Below are positions 49,089 through 58,582 of a DNA stretch of 64,000 nucleotides, piece after piece. The notes beneath the pieces were generated by a model that saw nothing but the letters and a program-made list of their open reading frames with translations, made no database searches and had not been told where the DNA came from. Position numbers and translations under genes: made by a program. The DNA is from Pseudomonadota bacterium (GTDB lineage: Bacteria; Pseudomonadota; Alphaproteobacteria; RF32; CAG-239), in contig JAHALQ010000005.1 of assembly GCA_018362935.1 (NCBI GenBank), positions 62,490-126,489 on the forward strand. The letters are read 5' to 3'. Numbering within the stretch: position 1 is the stretch's first letter; each line of letters starts with the position of its first letter.

Positions 49089-49529
49089 ATGAAAATTATC
49101 ATACTGGCTATCGGCAAATGTAAAAAAAACTCGCCCGAAGCAGCGATAATCGCCGAATACGCCAAACGTTCAAACTGGGAAATTATCATCAAAGAGAAAG
49201 ACAATTCCACGCAGGAGGACGAAGCCAAATTTCTGCAAGGCAGCATTCCGAATAATGCCAAGGTCATTGTTCTGGACGAACGCGGCGAAAACATCAAATC
49301 GCAGGAACTTGCCAAACGGATAGAAAACTGGCAGAACAACGGCTGTTCTGAAATATGTTTTTTAATCGGCGGCGCCGACGGCCATCTGCAATCGACCCGC
49401 GACAAAGCCGACTTGCTTCTTTCCTTCGGCCGGCTGACCCTGCCGCATATGCTGATGCGCGCGGTCTTAAGCGAACAGATTTACCGGATTCAGACCATAA
49501 TTGCCGGACATCCCTATCACCGCGAATAA
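49089..49529 (+). CDS. rlmH: 23S rRNA (pseudouridine1915-N3)-methyltransferase RlmH
   Basis: SPOUT fold with a GHPYHRE C-terminus. Confidence 0.85.
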   Translation: MKIIILAIGKCKKNSPEAAIIAEYAKRSNWEIIIKEKDNSTQEDEAKFLQGSIPNNAKVIVLDERGENIKSQELAKRIENWQNNGCSEICFLIGGADGHLQSTRDKADLLLSFGRLTLPHMLMRAVLSEQIYRIQTIIAGHPYHRE

Positions 49530-49601
49530 TAATTAATTGACAGCGAAACTTATTTTGTCTATATTTGTACACAAACAAATATACATCTTAAATTATCCAA
49601 A

Positions 49602-50210
49602 ATGAAAATTTTCAAAAATCTTGCAGATTTGTTTTCCAGGAAGACAACTGCGCCGACACAAAAAGAAACTGCCCCTGAGCAGAACTGTGAAAAACCGATA
49701 CCGTCAGACGATGGCCCGCAAGACGCGCCCTGCACGGTGCACTCTCTGGGCAAGCTGGAACACCCGGCTTTTATGCCGCAGCCCCTGCTGAGTTTTTATG
49801 TCATGTACAAGGCGCTTCAAAACAACAGCGCAGCCTGCGGCGATATATCCTTAATAAAGGCTGTCGACCTGTTTCATCCCGAAACCAGCGCTTACATCTG
49901 CACGGTGTATGCAGTCAAAGTAGAAAAAGGCTGGTTCTGGGCGGAAGTCGGCTCATCGGATGCATATTTTTCAAAACCGGAAGCTTTTATTTACCGCCAG
50001 GCAGATAAATTTCGTATCCGCATGAAGAAAAAAGACGACAAAACCGATTACGTCGCCGTCTGCGAATATAAAGAAGAAGTGCGCGTTACGGCAATCGTCG
50101 AAGAAGTGCTGACGCCTCCGACTGACGCTGACCAAGAACGCTTCGTCAAATGCAAAAAACTTCCCTGCAGTTTGGAAGATGCCGCCGAGTTTGTCGAAAG
50201 CCTCGGATAG
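49602..50210 (+). CDS. hypothetical protein
   Basis: ORF with a downstream terminator; no recognisable domain. Confidence 0.4.
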   Translation: MKIFKNLADLFSRKTTAPTQKETAPEQNCEKPIPSDDGPQDAPCTVHSLGKLEHPAFMPQPLLSFYVMYKALQNNSAACGDISLIKAVDLFHPETSAYICTVYAVKVEKGWFWAEVGSSDAYFSKPEAFIYRQADKFRIRMKKKDDKTDYVAVCEYKEEVRVTAIVEEVLTPPTDADQERFVKCKKLPCSLEDAAEFVESLG

Positions 50211-50230
50211 ACCCAACAGCGTAACACAAC

Positions 50231-50267
50231 AAAAAAGCCCCGCTTCTCCGCAAGCCGGGCTTTTTTG
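50231..50267. terminator. bidirectional intrinsic terminator
   Basis: AAAAAAGCCCCGCTT-ctccgc-AAGCCGGGCTTTTTTG. Confidence 0.45.
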
Positions 50268-50300
50268 TTAAAACACAGAATAAAAAATTCAATATGCGCT

Positions 50301-50678
50301 CTAGTTCGCCGTTTCCCGGATTTTTCCGACGGAAGACCACATCTTCTCTATACTGTAAAACTCCCGCACTTCAGGACGGAAAATATGGACAATAACTTCA
50401 AAGGCGTCAATCAACACCCAGTCGGCTTTTTCTTTGCCTTCGGCAACAGATTTAAAACCGGCCTCTTTAAGCTTGAGCTGGATATTGTCGGCCAAAGAAG
50501 CAACCTGCCGATTGGAAGTGCCGCTGGCGACAACCATATAATTGGCAATGGACGTTTTGCCCTGCAAATCCATAACGATAACATCCTGCGCTTTGCCGTC
50601 ATCCAGCACGCCGGTAATAATATCCAGAATCTGTTCGGCCTCGTCTTTATTCTCTGCAACAACTGCTTTTTTAACCAC
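50301..50678 (-). CDS. rsfS: ribosomal silencing factor RsfS (Iojap)
   Basis: Iojap-family motifs (DVIVMDL, NYMVVASGTSNRQ). Confidence 0.8.
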   Translation of the reverse strand: MVKKAVVAENKDEAEQILDIITGVLDDGKAQDVIVMDLQGKTSIANYMVVASGTSNRQVASLADNIQLKLKEAGFKSVAEGKEKADWVLIDAFEVIVHIFRPEVREFYSIEKMWSSVGKIRETAN

Positions 50679-50695
50679 TTAATCTTCTCCTTTAA

Positions 50696-51829
<1,134 letters not shown>

Positions 51830-51844
51830 TCAGTGCAGAATCAA

Positions 51845-52099
51845 CTATTCGCAAACAACAGAAACAACTGTTTTGTTGCCGGCTTTTTTAGAAAATTCTA
51901 CTTTACCTTCGGCAACGGCGAAGATAGTGTGGTCTTTGCCCATGCCGACGTTAGCGCCCGGATGATACTGGGTACCGCGCTGGCGGACAATAATGTTTCC
52001 CGGAATAACAGCCTGACCGCCGGCCTTCTTCAAGCCCAAACGGCGGCCGATGGAATCACGTCCGTTATTGGAACTACCGCCGGATTTCTTATGTGCCAT
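51845..52099 (-). CDS. rpmA: 50S ribosomal protein L27
   Basis: [11 protein letters not shown]-terminus. Confidence 0.95.
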   Translation of the reverse strand: MAHKKSGGSSNNGRDSIGRRLGLKKAGGQAVIPGNIIVRQRGTQYHPGANVGMGKDHTIFAVAEGKVEFSKKAGNKTVVSVVCE

Positions 52100-52123
52100 G
52101 ATTAAATCTCCTTAAACCTATAC

Positions 52124-52426
52124 TTATTTGCCGCAAACATCGGTAATTTTTACCAATGTGATTGACTGTCTGTGGCCGTTTTTACGACGATAGTTTTGTC
52201 TTCTTTTCTTTTTGAAGACAATAACTTTAGCATCTCTGGCCTGTTTCAAGATGGTAGCCTTAACAGAGGCGCCGTCAACCAGCGGATTGCCGATGGTGTC
52301 GCCCATAGCCAAAACTTCATTGAAAACAACTTCTTTACCTTCTTCGCCGGCAAGTTTTTCAACTTTTACAACATCGCCGGAAGCGACTCTGTATTGTTTT
52401 CCGCCGGTTTTAATTACTGCATACAT
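52124..52426 (-). CDS. rplU: 50S ribosomal protein L21
   Basis: MYAVIKTGGKQY N-terminus. Confidence 0.95.
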   Translation of the reverse strand: MYAVIKTGGKQYRVASGDVVKVEKLAGEEGKEVVFNEVLAMGDTIGNPLVDGASVKATILKQARDAKVIVFKKKRRQNYRRKNGHRQSITLVKITDVCGK

Positions 52427-52581
52427 ATTTATTCACCTTTATATTTTAAACATAAAACGTTGCTTTGCAATATACATAAGTTTTTCGCTCTGTCAATAAG
52501 AATCTCAACAAAAAATACAAAAAACTCCGCCCGGAGCTTTATGTCCTCTCAAGCTGCGGCCGGTCACGATACTTTGGCCGG

Positions 52582-53052
52582 TTAACGCTTGCGCTGCGCT
52601 TTGTCGGCTTCAAGCGCGCGGTATAAATCCGGACGGATAAACCGCCCGCCCCAAATGCCTTTTTTCTCCCGGCGCGCTTCCTGTTCATCCCCGGCAAAAC
52701 CGGCATAATAATGCGTATACGCCACTGCCAGGCCGTCGCGCACTAATTGTTGATTGACATTGACTCTGCCGGCATAACATATGGAAACGTCGCGGCCGTA
52801 TATATCCGTCGTCTGCTTCCGGCAGTCAACGCCGTTTTTGACCATATCCGCCAGCGCTTCTTTGGCTTTCTGCCCGCATTCGTACAACCGCCCTTCGGCA
52901 TCATAGCAGCTTTGGTTGTATTCGGGCGCGTCGATTCCTTCCAGCCTCACCCGGCGGCCGTCAATCAGCAGGCTGTCGCCGTCGACGGCAGTTACTTCCG
53001 CCCGCGCGGCAAAACACCACAAACACCCCGCGATGAACAAAAATTTTTTCAT
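52582..53052 (-). CDS. secreted thermonuclease (staphylococcal nuclease homologue)
   Basis: Signal peptide; SNase motifs (VDGDS, RLxGIDAPE, GRxxA, GxW). Confidence 0.7.
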   Translation of the reverse strand: MKKFLFIAGCLWCFAARAEVTAVDGDSLLIDGRRVRLEGIDAPEYNQSCYDAEGRLYECGQKAKEALADMVKNGVDCRKQTTDIYGRDVSICYAGRVNVNQQLVRDGLAVAYTHYYAGFAGDEQEARREKKGIWGGRFIRPDLYRALEADKAQRKR

Positions 53053-53210
53053 ATCAGACTCCTCTGCCCGTCATTTTGAACAGTTCTGTGCCGATATGCA
53101 AGTTTTATCAGCATTTGCCGATTAAAATACATTGAATAACTAAAAAAAACTTTTGGTATTTCCGCTTCTTTGTCTTAAGATAAAGTATAATTTTGCAACA
53201 AGGATTAACT

Positions 53211-54083
53211 ATGCTCAAAAATATCTCTAAAAGTGTTCTTTTTGCCGGTGCTGTTTTATGCCTGGCCGGATGCGAATATTTCCGTACGCGCACCCCGCAG
53301 GATATTCTTAGCAATCCGTTTGCCCCGAGCGCTGCCGAATATGCCGAGCAGGGACGCCGCATGCAGCCTTACGTCAAAACGCCGGGTTCAATTGTCGTTT
53401 GCCGCTCCCGTCAGTGCGCGCCGGCCAAATTGTCAATGTCCAAAGAATACATCTACAACAGCCTGTTACAGCTTTTCGACAACAACAATTATCAAAAAGC
53501 TTTGATTTGTCAGGGCGACCCCGCTTCCCATGTCTGTCTTGAAAATTATATCACGCTGCCGATTACCGCCGGCATTACGCCGACCAACGCTTATATCGAC
53601 TATGTCAAAATTACGGATGTCATCATCGGCAAAAGCGCCAACAAGCTCAACCTTATCTTAAATTATAACCTGACCTACGGCGGACAGGTTCCCGACTGCA
53701 CGCCGTCCAAAAGCATTATGTTCGCCAAATCCGTTGACCATGTATTGCTTGAAGACGCCGGTTATACCTGCAAAATGACAACCATCGGCCAGAGCACGAT
53801 TAAGACCGTTTTCGCCGTTGATTATATCGACCTCGATTACGGATACATCGGCGGCTACTATTCAGTCGGCATTTCCGGACCGGCTTACGGCGGCGGCAAC
53901 GGCTACATGATTCTGCGCCTGCCCAAAAACGCCTATCCGCTGACGCCTGCATTGCAAAATCCCGGACAAAAACAAATGTCCAAAGGCGAGCGGACGATTG
54001 CCGAATACAAAAACAATGGCCGTCCGGCCTCACGCAATCACAGTCTCGGCAACGTCGAAGTCTTCCCGATAAGCAAAGAATAA
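53211..54083 (+). CDS. hypothetical lipoprotein
   Basis: Lipobox LAGC|E; the track ORF starts at TTG 53193, the ATG at 53211 has an AAGGAT RBS. Confidence 0.45.
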   Translation: MLKNISKSVLFAGAVLCLAGCEYFRTRTPQDILSNPFAPSAAEYAEQGRRMQPYVKTPGSIVVCRSRQCAPAKLSMSKEYIYNSLLQLFDNNNYQKALICQGDPASHVCLENYITLPITAGITPTNAYIDYVKITDVIIGKSANKLNLILNYNLTYGGQVPDCTPSKSIMFAKSVDHVLLEDAGYTCKMTTIGQSTIKTVFAVDYIDLDYGYIGGYYSVGISGPAYGGGNGYMILRLPKNAYPLTPALQNPGQKQMSKGERTIAEYKNNGRPASRNHSLGNVEVFPISKE

Positions 54084-54104
54084 AACGCCGCCCAGACGCT
54101 TTTA

Positions 54105-54140
54105 ACCCGCAGAATTACTAATCTGCGGGTTATTTATTCC
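54105..54140 (+). terminator. intrinsic terminator (ACCCGCAGA-attactaa-TCTGCGGGT + TATTTATT)
   Basis: 9-bp stem followed by a T-rich tail. Confidence 0.5.
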
Positions 54141-54269
54141 GGTTTCTCCAAATATATATAATTTCTTTATTGTTCTTTTCAGAACAATATATCATGTTTT
54201 AAATTATAACAATCCGCAGATTGTTATAACTTTCATCCAAAATATTCTTTCTTAACCTAATTGCTTTAA

Positions 54270-54302
54270 CACCATATACAAACACCTCCTTTGCGGAGGT
54301 GT
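54270..54302 (-). terminator. intrinsic terminator downstream of the acidic-protein gene
   Basis: ACACCTCC-tttgc-GGAGGTGT hairpin; T-rich on the minus strand. Confidence 0.45.
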
Positions 54303-54307
54303 CTGCA

Positions 54308-55735
54308 TTATGCGCCGTAGCTGAAATAACGCACGCTCTGATAAATCAAAATTCGCTCAATGTTGCTGAAGCGGCATTGGTTCGCCCCGTAGCGTATAAC
54401 CCCGGAATCTGCGGGCAGCGCACCGTTTCTGATTTGATATTTGCGGACGTCATCCAGACTCATAACCGGGCCGCCGTCAAACTCGACCAGCCACCCGTAT
54501 GTATCATAACCGGCATTGACATGGATAATATTATTCTCTGCGCTGCCGTCAATCGCTGCGGGCAATTCGTTTTTGGAAATTTCAAACATTTCGTCATGCA
54601 CCGAGCCGCTGAACCATTTTACAAAGTTCGGCTCCGCGGCAAATAATCCTCCGGGCTTGGTTTCTTCGTCTGATAAACCGGACGCAGCCGCCGTTGCCAA
54701 AGCGCCGGGAGCAGAAACTCCGTCGTTTGCCGCTTCGTTATCGGCCATATAATCCGCACCGTTTATATCGGAATGCTCCTCCTCCGATGAACCGAGCCAT
54801 GCGCTGTCTTCCGCAATGCCGCCAGCCTCATCTTCGCTCTCAACCGATACGGGGGCGGCCGCTTCGGCATTTTCCTCAGCCGCCTCGTACAATTGCGGAT
54901 AGGCGGATAAACTTTCCTCGATATTCGTTTCGGCAGTATCACCTGTTGTCAGCCAGCTGTTTTCAGCGGCAGCTTCGTTTTCTGTCTCAAAACCGGTTAT
55001 TACTGAAGTTTCTGTTTCATCTGTCGGGTTTTCGTCCGCGACAACGGCCGATTCCGCCGGTTCGGCTTCCAACCCAACGGAAGTTTCCGTTTCCGCCAGC
55101 CAGCCGCCCCCATCGGCAGGAGCCGCCTCAGTTTCAGATTCCGGCGTTTCTTCAGCCGCCCAGCCGTTGCCCGCTGCCGGTGATGTTTCCTCAGCCGGCG
55201 CATTATCCGCAGTTAAATCTTCTGTACTGTTAAGCTCATCCGCATCAGTTTCAGAAATAGAAAAGTTCAAACTTTCCGTTCCGCCGTCTTCAACCTGGTC
55301 TGCCGGTATATCCGACATAAAACCGTCATCCCGCACCGGTTCGGGCGCCGCAGCATCCTCGGCGTTTTCCAGAGCAGCGCCATCCGAATTCAACGAATCA
55401 GCAAAACCGCCGGCATCTTCAAATTCCGGCACTCCCTCAGCGCCGCTCACACCAATGCCCGAAAAATCCGGATTGATGTCTGCCGGCGCGTCGTCATCCT
55501 GGCTTATTCCCGACAGCCAGCTTTCCATATCCAAATCGGCTTTGCTCTCTTCCTCTTCGGCAAGGTTTAGCGGCGTTTCGAACCCTGCCGCTCCCGGATT
55601 ATCCAACACTTCGTCCAGATTAAAATCCGTTTCCGCGTCCAAATTCAGATTCTGAGCCGGCTGCAGGTTTTCCGGATTTTCATCGGAAAGCGCAGTTACA
55701 GGCGTCATATCCAAATTTTCTGTTGCGTCATCCAT
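54308..55735 (-). CDS. extremely acidic low-complexity protein (~380 aa D/E/A/T/S-rich) with a ~95-aa C-terminal globular domain
   Basis: AAGGTGA RBS; starts 11 nt after the envZ-like stop; the C-terminal domain (FVKWFSGSVHDEMFEI...VRKYQIRNGALPADSGVIRYG...) matches no family I recognise. Confidence 0.5.
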   Translation of the reverse strand: MDDATENLDMTPVTALSDENPENLQPAQNLNLDAETDFNLDEVLDNPGAAGFETPLNLAEEEESKADLDMESWLSGISQDDDAPADINPDFSGIGVSGAEGVPEFEDAGGFADSLNSDGAALENAEDAAAPEPVRDDGFMSDIPADQVEDGGTESLNFSISETDADELNSTEDLTADNAPAEETSPAAGNGWAAEETPESETEAAPADGGGWLAETETSVGLEAEPAESAVVADENPTDETETSVITGFETENEAAAENSWLTTGDTAETNIEESLSAYPQLYEAAEENAEAAAPVSVESEDEAGGIAEDSAWLGSSEEEHSDINGADYMADNEAANDGVSAPGALATAAASGLSDEETKPGGLFAAEPNFVKWFSGSVHDEMFEISKNELPAAIDGSAENNIIHVNAGYDTYGWLVEFDGGPVMSLDDVRKYQIRNGALPADSGVIRYGANQCRFSNIERILIYQSVRYFSYGA

Positions 55736-55746
55736 ATTATATCACC

Positions 55747-57105
55747 TTATAACGGAATGCTGATTAACACTTTCAAGCCGCCCAATTCGCTGTCGCCCAG
55801 TTCTATTGTGCCCCCGTGCGACGTAATAATGTCTTTGGCGATAGACAATCCCAACCCGACGCCGCCGGTTTCCTTATTGCGCGAATTTTCAAGTCTGTAA
55901 AAGGCCTTAAAAACATCATCCCTTTTATCCTGGGGAATTCCCGGGCCGTCGTCTTCAATCATCAGGTTAAGTTTTTTATTGTTGCTCTCGAGCTTAACTC
56001 CAATTGTTTTTCCGTAGCGGAAAGCATTGGCTATAATGTTGGTCACCGCCCTTTTCAAAGCCTGTTCGCGCCCTTGGATAGCGCTGACCTGATCATTGGT
56101 CGAATAACGGATGAGCGCTTTCTTGTTGCGGAACTTGTTGATAATGCTCAAAATCATTTCATTCATATCGACAAAGCTGGATTTTTCGCCGCCCTCGCCG
56201 CTGACAAACGACAGATAGCCGTCAAGCATTTTCTCCATCTCGTCGATATCCGACAGAAAGTCTTTTTTGTCTTCATTATCAGGCAGCATGGTAACCTGCA
56301 GTTTCATCCGGGTCAGCGGCGTCCGCAAATCATGCGACACGCCGGCCAGCATTTGCGTGCGCTCGCTGATTTGGCGCTGAATCCGCTCTTTCATTTTAAT
56401 AAAGGCAATAGAAGCTTTACGAACTTCCGAAGACCCGGAAGGTTTAAAATCCTTGTTGTCAATGCCTTTGCCGAAATCTTCCGCAACTTCGGCCAGCCGG
56501 GCAATTGAACGCACCTGAATCCGCAGGAACAGCACCGCCACCAAAAACAGCAGAATAGAGGTTCCGGCCATCCAGACCACAAACATGAAAATCGAACTGC
56601 TGAAAATCTTTTTCCGCGAAGTCGTAAACTTGTACAATCCCGATTCCGTATCGACAAACACCAGCAGATCTTTGTCTTCCTTCCCCAGATAAATTGAGGT
56701 TGTATCCGGCCCGAAATTATTGTTGAGGGCTTCCTCAAGGTAACCGATAATCAGTTTGCTGCCTTTCCCGGCTTTGTTCATGACCTGATGCTTGTCCTGA
56801 TTGCTGTAATATTCCATATCCATATCAAAGGTTTCGGCCGACATTTTCTGTAAGGCCGCAATTTTGGAAGGCTCCTGCGTGCCGATATCAATAATAAACT
56901 TCATATCCGAAGCCAGATTTTCCGAAAGGCGCCGCCCCATCCGGCTCCAGCTCCCGTCAAAGAACATAACAACCGAAACAATCTGCACTACAATCAGCGG
57001 CACAAAAATTAACAGCATCGTCCTGAAAAACAATGTCCGCGGCAAAAATTTCAAACGCATATAGCGCAGCTTTTCTTCCCATTTAGGCGATAATCTGATA
57101 TGCAT
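55747..57105 (-). CDS. EnvZ-like sensor histidine kinase
   Basis: Two transmembrane segments, HAMP, H-box AGVSHDLRTPLTRMKLQ (EnvZ-type), and HATPase N/G boxes. Confidence 0.8.
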   Translation of the reverse strand: MHIRLSPKWEEKLRYMRLKFLPRTLFFRTMLLIFVPLIVVQIVSVVMFFDGSWSRMGRRLSENLASDMKFIIDIGTQEPSKIAALQKMSAETFDMDMEYYSNQDKHQVMNKAGKGSKLIIGYLEEALNNNFGPDTTSIYLGKEDKDLLVFVDTESGLYKFTTSRKKIFSSSIFMFVVWMAGTSILLFLVAVLFLRIQVRSIARLAEVAEDFGKGIDNKDFKPSGSSEVRKASIAFIKMKERIQRQISERTQMLAGVSHDLRTPLTRMKLQVTMLPDNEDKKDFLSDIDEMEKMLDGYLSFVSGEGGEKSSFVDMNEMILSIINKFRNKKALIRYSTNDQVSAIQGREQALKRAVTNIIANAFRYGKTIGVKLESNNKKLNLMIEDDGPGIPQDKRDDVFKAFYRLENSRNKETGGVGLGLSIAKDIITSHGGTIELGDSELGGLKVLISIPL

Positions 57106-57109
57106 GGTC

Positions 57110-57805
57110 TTATTCCTTCATAGATAACAACATATAACCTTTTCCGCGAACCGTCTGCAGGTAACGCGGATTTTTGGTATCAGGCTCAATTTTTTTCCTC
57201 AGACGCGTAATTTGCACGTCAATTGAACGCGGACTCTGGCCGGCGCCCAAAATTTCCGCCAGTTTCTCGCGGCTGAATACCTGCCCCGATTTGGCGCCCA
57301 AAACGTTGAGCAGTGCCTGCTCGACCGGCGTGATGTGAATAACCTCACCTTGTCTGGTGAGCAGCTCTTTGGTTTGCAGATTATAAGTACACAACCCCAG
57401 ATTCAGACATTCGTCGACTTCCGGTTTTTCGGCAGGCGCACGGCGCAAAATGCTTTTAATCCGCAATACCAGTTCCTTGGGTTCAAAAGGCTTGGGCAGA
57501 TAATCGTCGGCACCGCTCTCCAAACCGCAGATTCGGTCTTCGGTTTCGCCCATGGCTGTCAGCATGATGACCGGGATATTATTTTCCCGCCGCAGTTTTG
57601 CCAAAAATTCCAAACCGCTTTCTTCCGGCATCATAATGTCCATAATCAGCAAATCAAACTTATACTGTTCCATGAGGTGACGCGCATCCGCCGCCGACTT
57701 TGCCGTCGATGTATAAAAACCGCTCTCCCGCAAAAATCTTTGCAGGAGAGAACGCAGACGCGTGTCGTCGTCGACGACCAGAATATGTTTGATTTCACAA
57801 TCCAT
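57110..57805 (-). CDS. OmpR-family response regulator
   Basis: REC domain (VVDDD ... D in LLIMDIMMP ... KPF) plus a winged helix (RSIDVQITRLRKKIE...YLQTVRGKGY). Confidence 0.85.
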   Translation of the reverse strand: MDCEIKHILVVDDDTRLRSLLQRFLRESGFYTSTAKSAADARHLMEQYKFDLLIMDIMMPEESGLEFLAKLRRENNIPVIMLTAMGETEDRICGLESGADDYLPKPFEPKELVLRIKSILRRAPAEKPEVDECLNLGLCTYNLQTKELLTRQGEVIHITPVEQALLNVLGAKSGQVFSREKLAEILGAGQSPRSIDVQITRLRKKIEPDTKNPRYLQTVRGKGYMLLSMKE

Positions 57806-57835
57806 AAAGCCTCATTTTCAAAGCCGGTGGTGAAA

Positions 57836-58549
57836 TTATTTTTCAGCTTTCTTTTTCGCCTTGGAAACTTTTGCTGTTTTGGCAGCGGCCGGCTTGGCCT
57901 TTTTGCTTTTGGCAGCAGGTTTGGAAACCGGTTTCACCTTTTTCTTTACCGGTGCCGCAGCGGCCGCAGCTTTTTCAGCCTTATTCATCTTGCGAATGTA
58001 ATTCAGGCTTTTTTGAAAATACTGGTAACCGGTAATAAAAGTCAGCACAGCGGCAATCCATAACAGAATCTCGCCGATACCGCCCCAATACCACACGCCT
58101 TTCAGAAGCAGCATCGACAGTGCCGTCATCTGGAAACCCGTCTTCCATTTGGCCAGTCGCGTTACCGGCATGCCGACTTTGACTTCCATCAAAAACTCGC
58201 GCAGACCCGAAACCAGTATTTCGCGGCACAAAATAACCACAACCGGGATATAACTCAGCCGGGTAACCAGCATATCGGGCTTGGCCAGCAGAACCACCAG
58301 CGCCGAAGCCACCAGCAATTTATCGGCAATCGGGTCAAGCAGTCGTCCGAAAGCGGATGTTTCGCCGCGGGCGCGTGCCAGATAGCCGTCAAAATAATCG
58401 GTAATTGAGGCGGCAATAAACAAAATCGCGGCAAATATCGCCCAGACATTGGAAGTAATATAAACCGACAGGAAAATCAGCGGAATAACCACGATTCTCG
58501 AAATTGTCAAAATGTTAGGCAAACTATACACGTTTCTACCCCTTTTCAA
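57836..58549 (-). CDS. pgsA: CDP-diacylglycerol--glycerol-3-phosphate 3-phosphatidyltransferase with a Lys/Ala/Pro-rich C-terminal tail
   Basis: CDP-alcohol phosphotransferase motif DxxDGxxAR...GxxxDxxxD; last ~50 aa are AKPAAKSKKAKPAAAKTAKVSKAKKKAEK. Confidence 0.85.
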   Translation of the reverse strand: MKRGRNVYSLPNILTISRIVVIPLIFLSVYITSNVWAIFAAILFIAASITDYFDGYLARARGETSAFGRLLDPIADKLLVASALVVLLAKPDMLVTRLSYIPVVVILCREILVSGLREFLMEVKVGMPVTRLAKWKTGFQMTALSMLLLKGVWYWGGIGEILLWIAAVLTFITGYQYFQKSLNYIRKMNKAEKAAAAAAPVKKKVKPVSKPAAKSKKAKPAAAKTAKVSKAKKKAEK

Positions 58550-58582
58550 TAATTAACTTTCCCTCATACTAGAGGAGAATTT

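Noticed and set aside
54308-54600. C-terminal domain of the acidic protein as a PilZ domain
   Set aside because: Only a loose RxxxxR...DSG resemblance. It is kept as a question inside the finding rather than a feature call.
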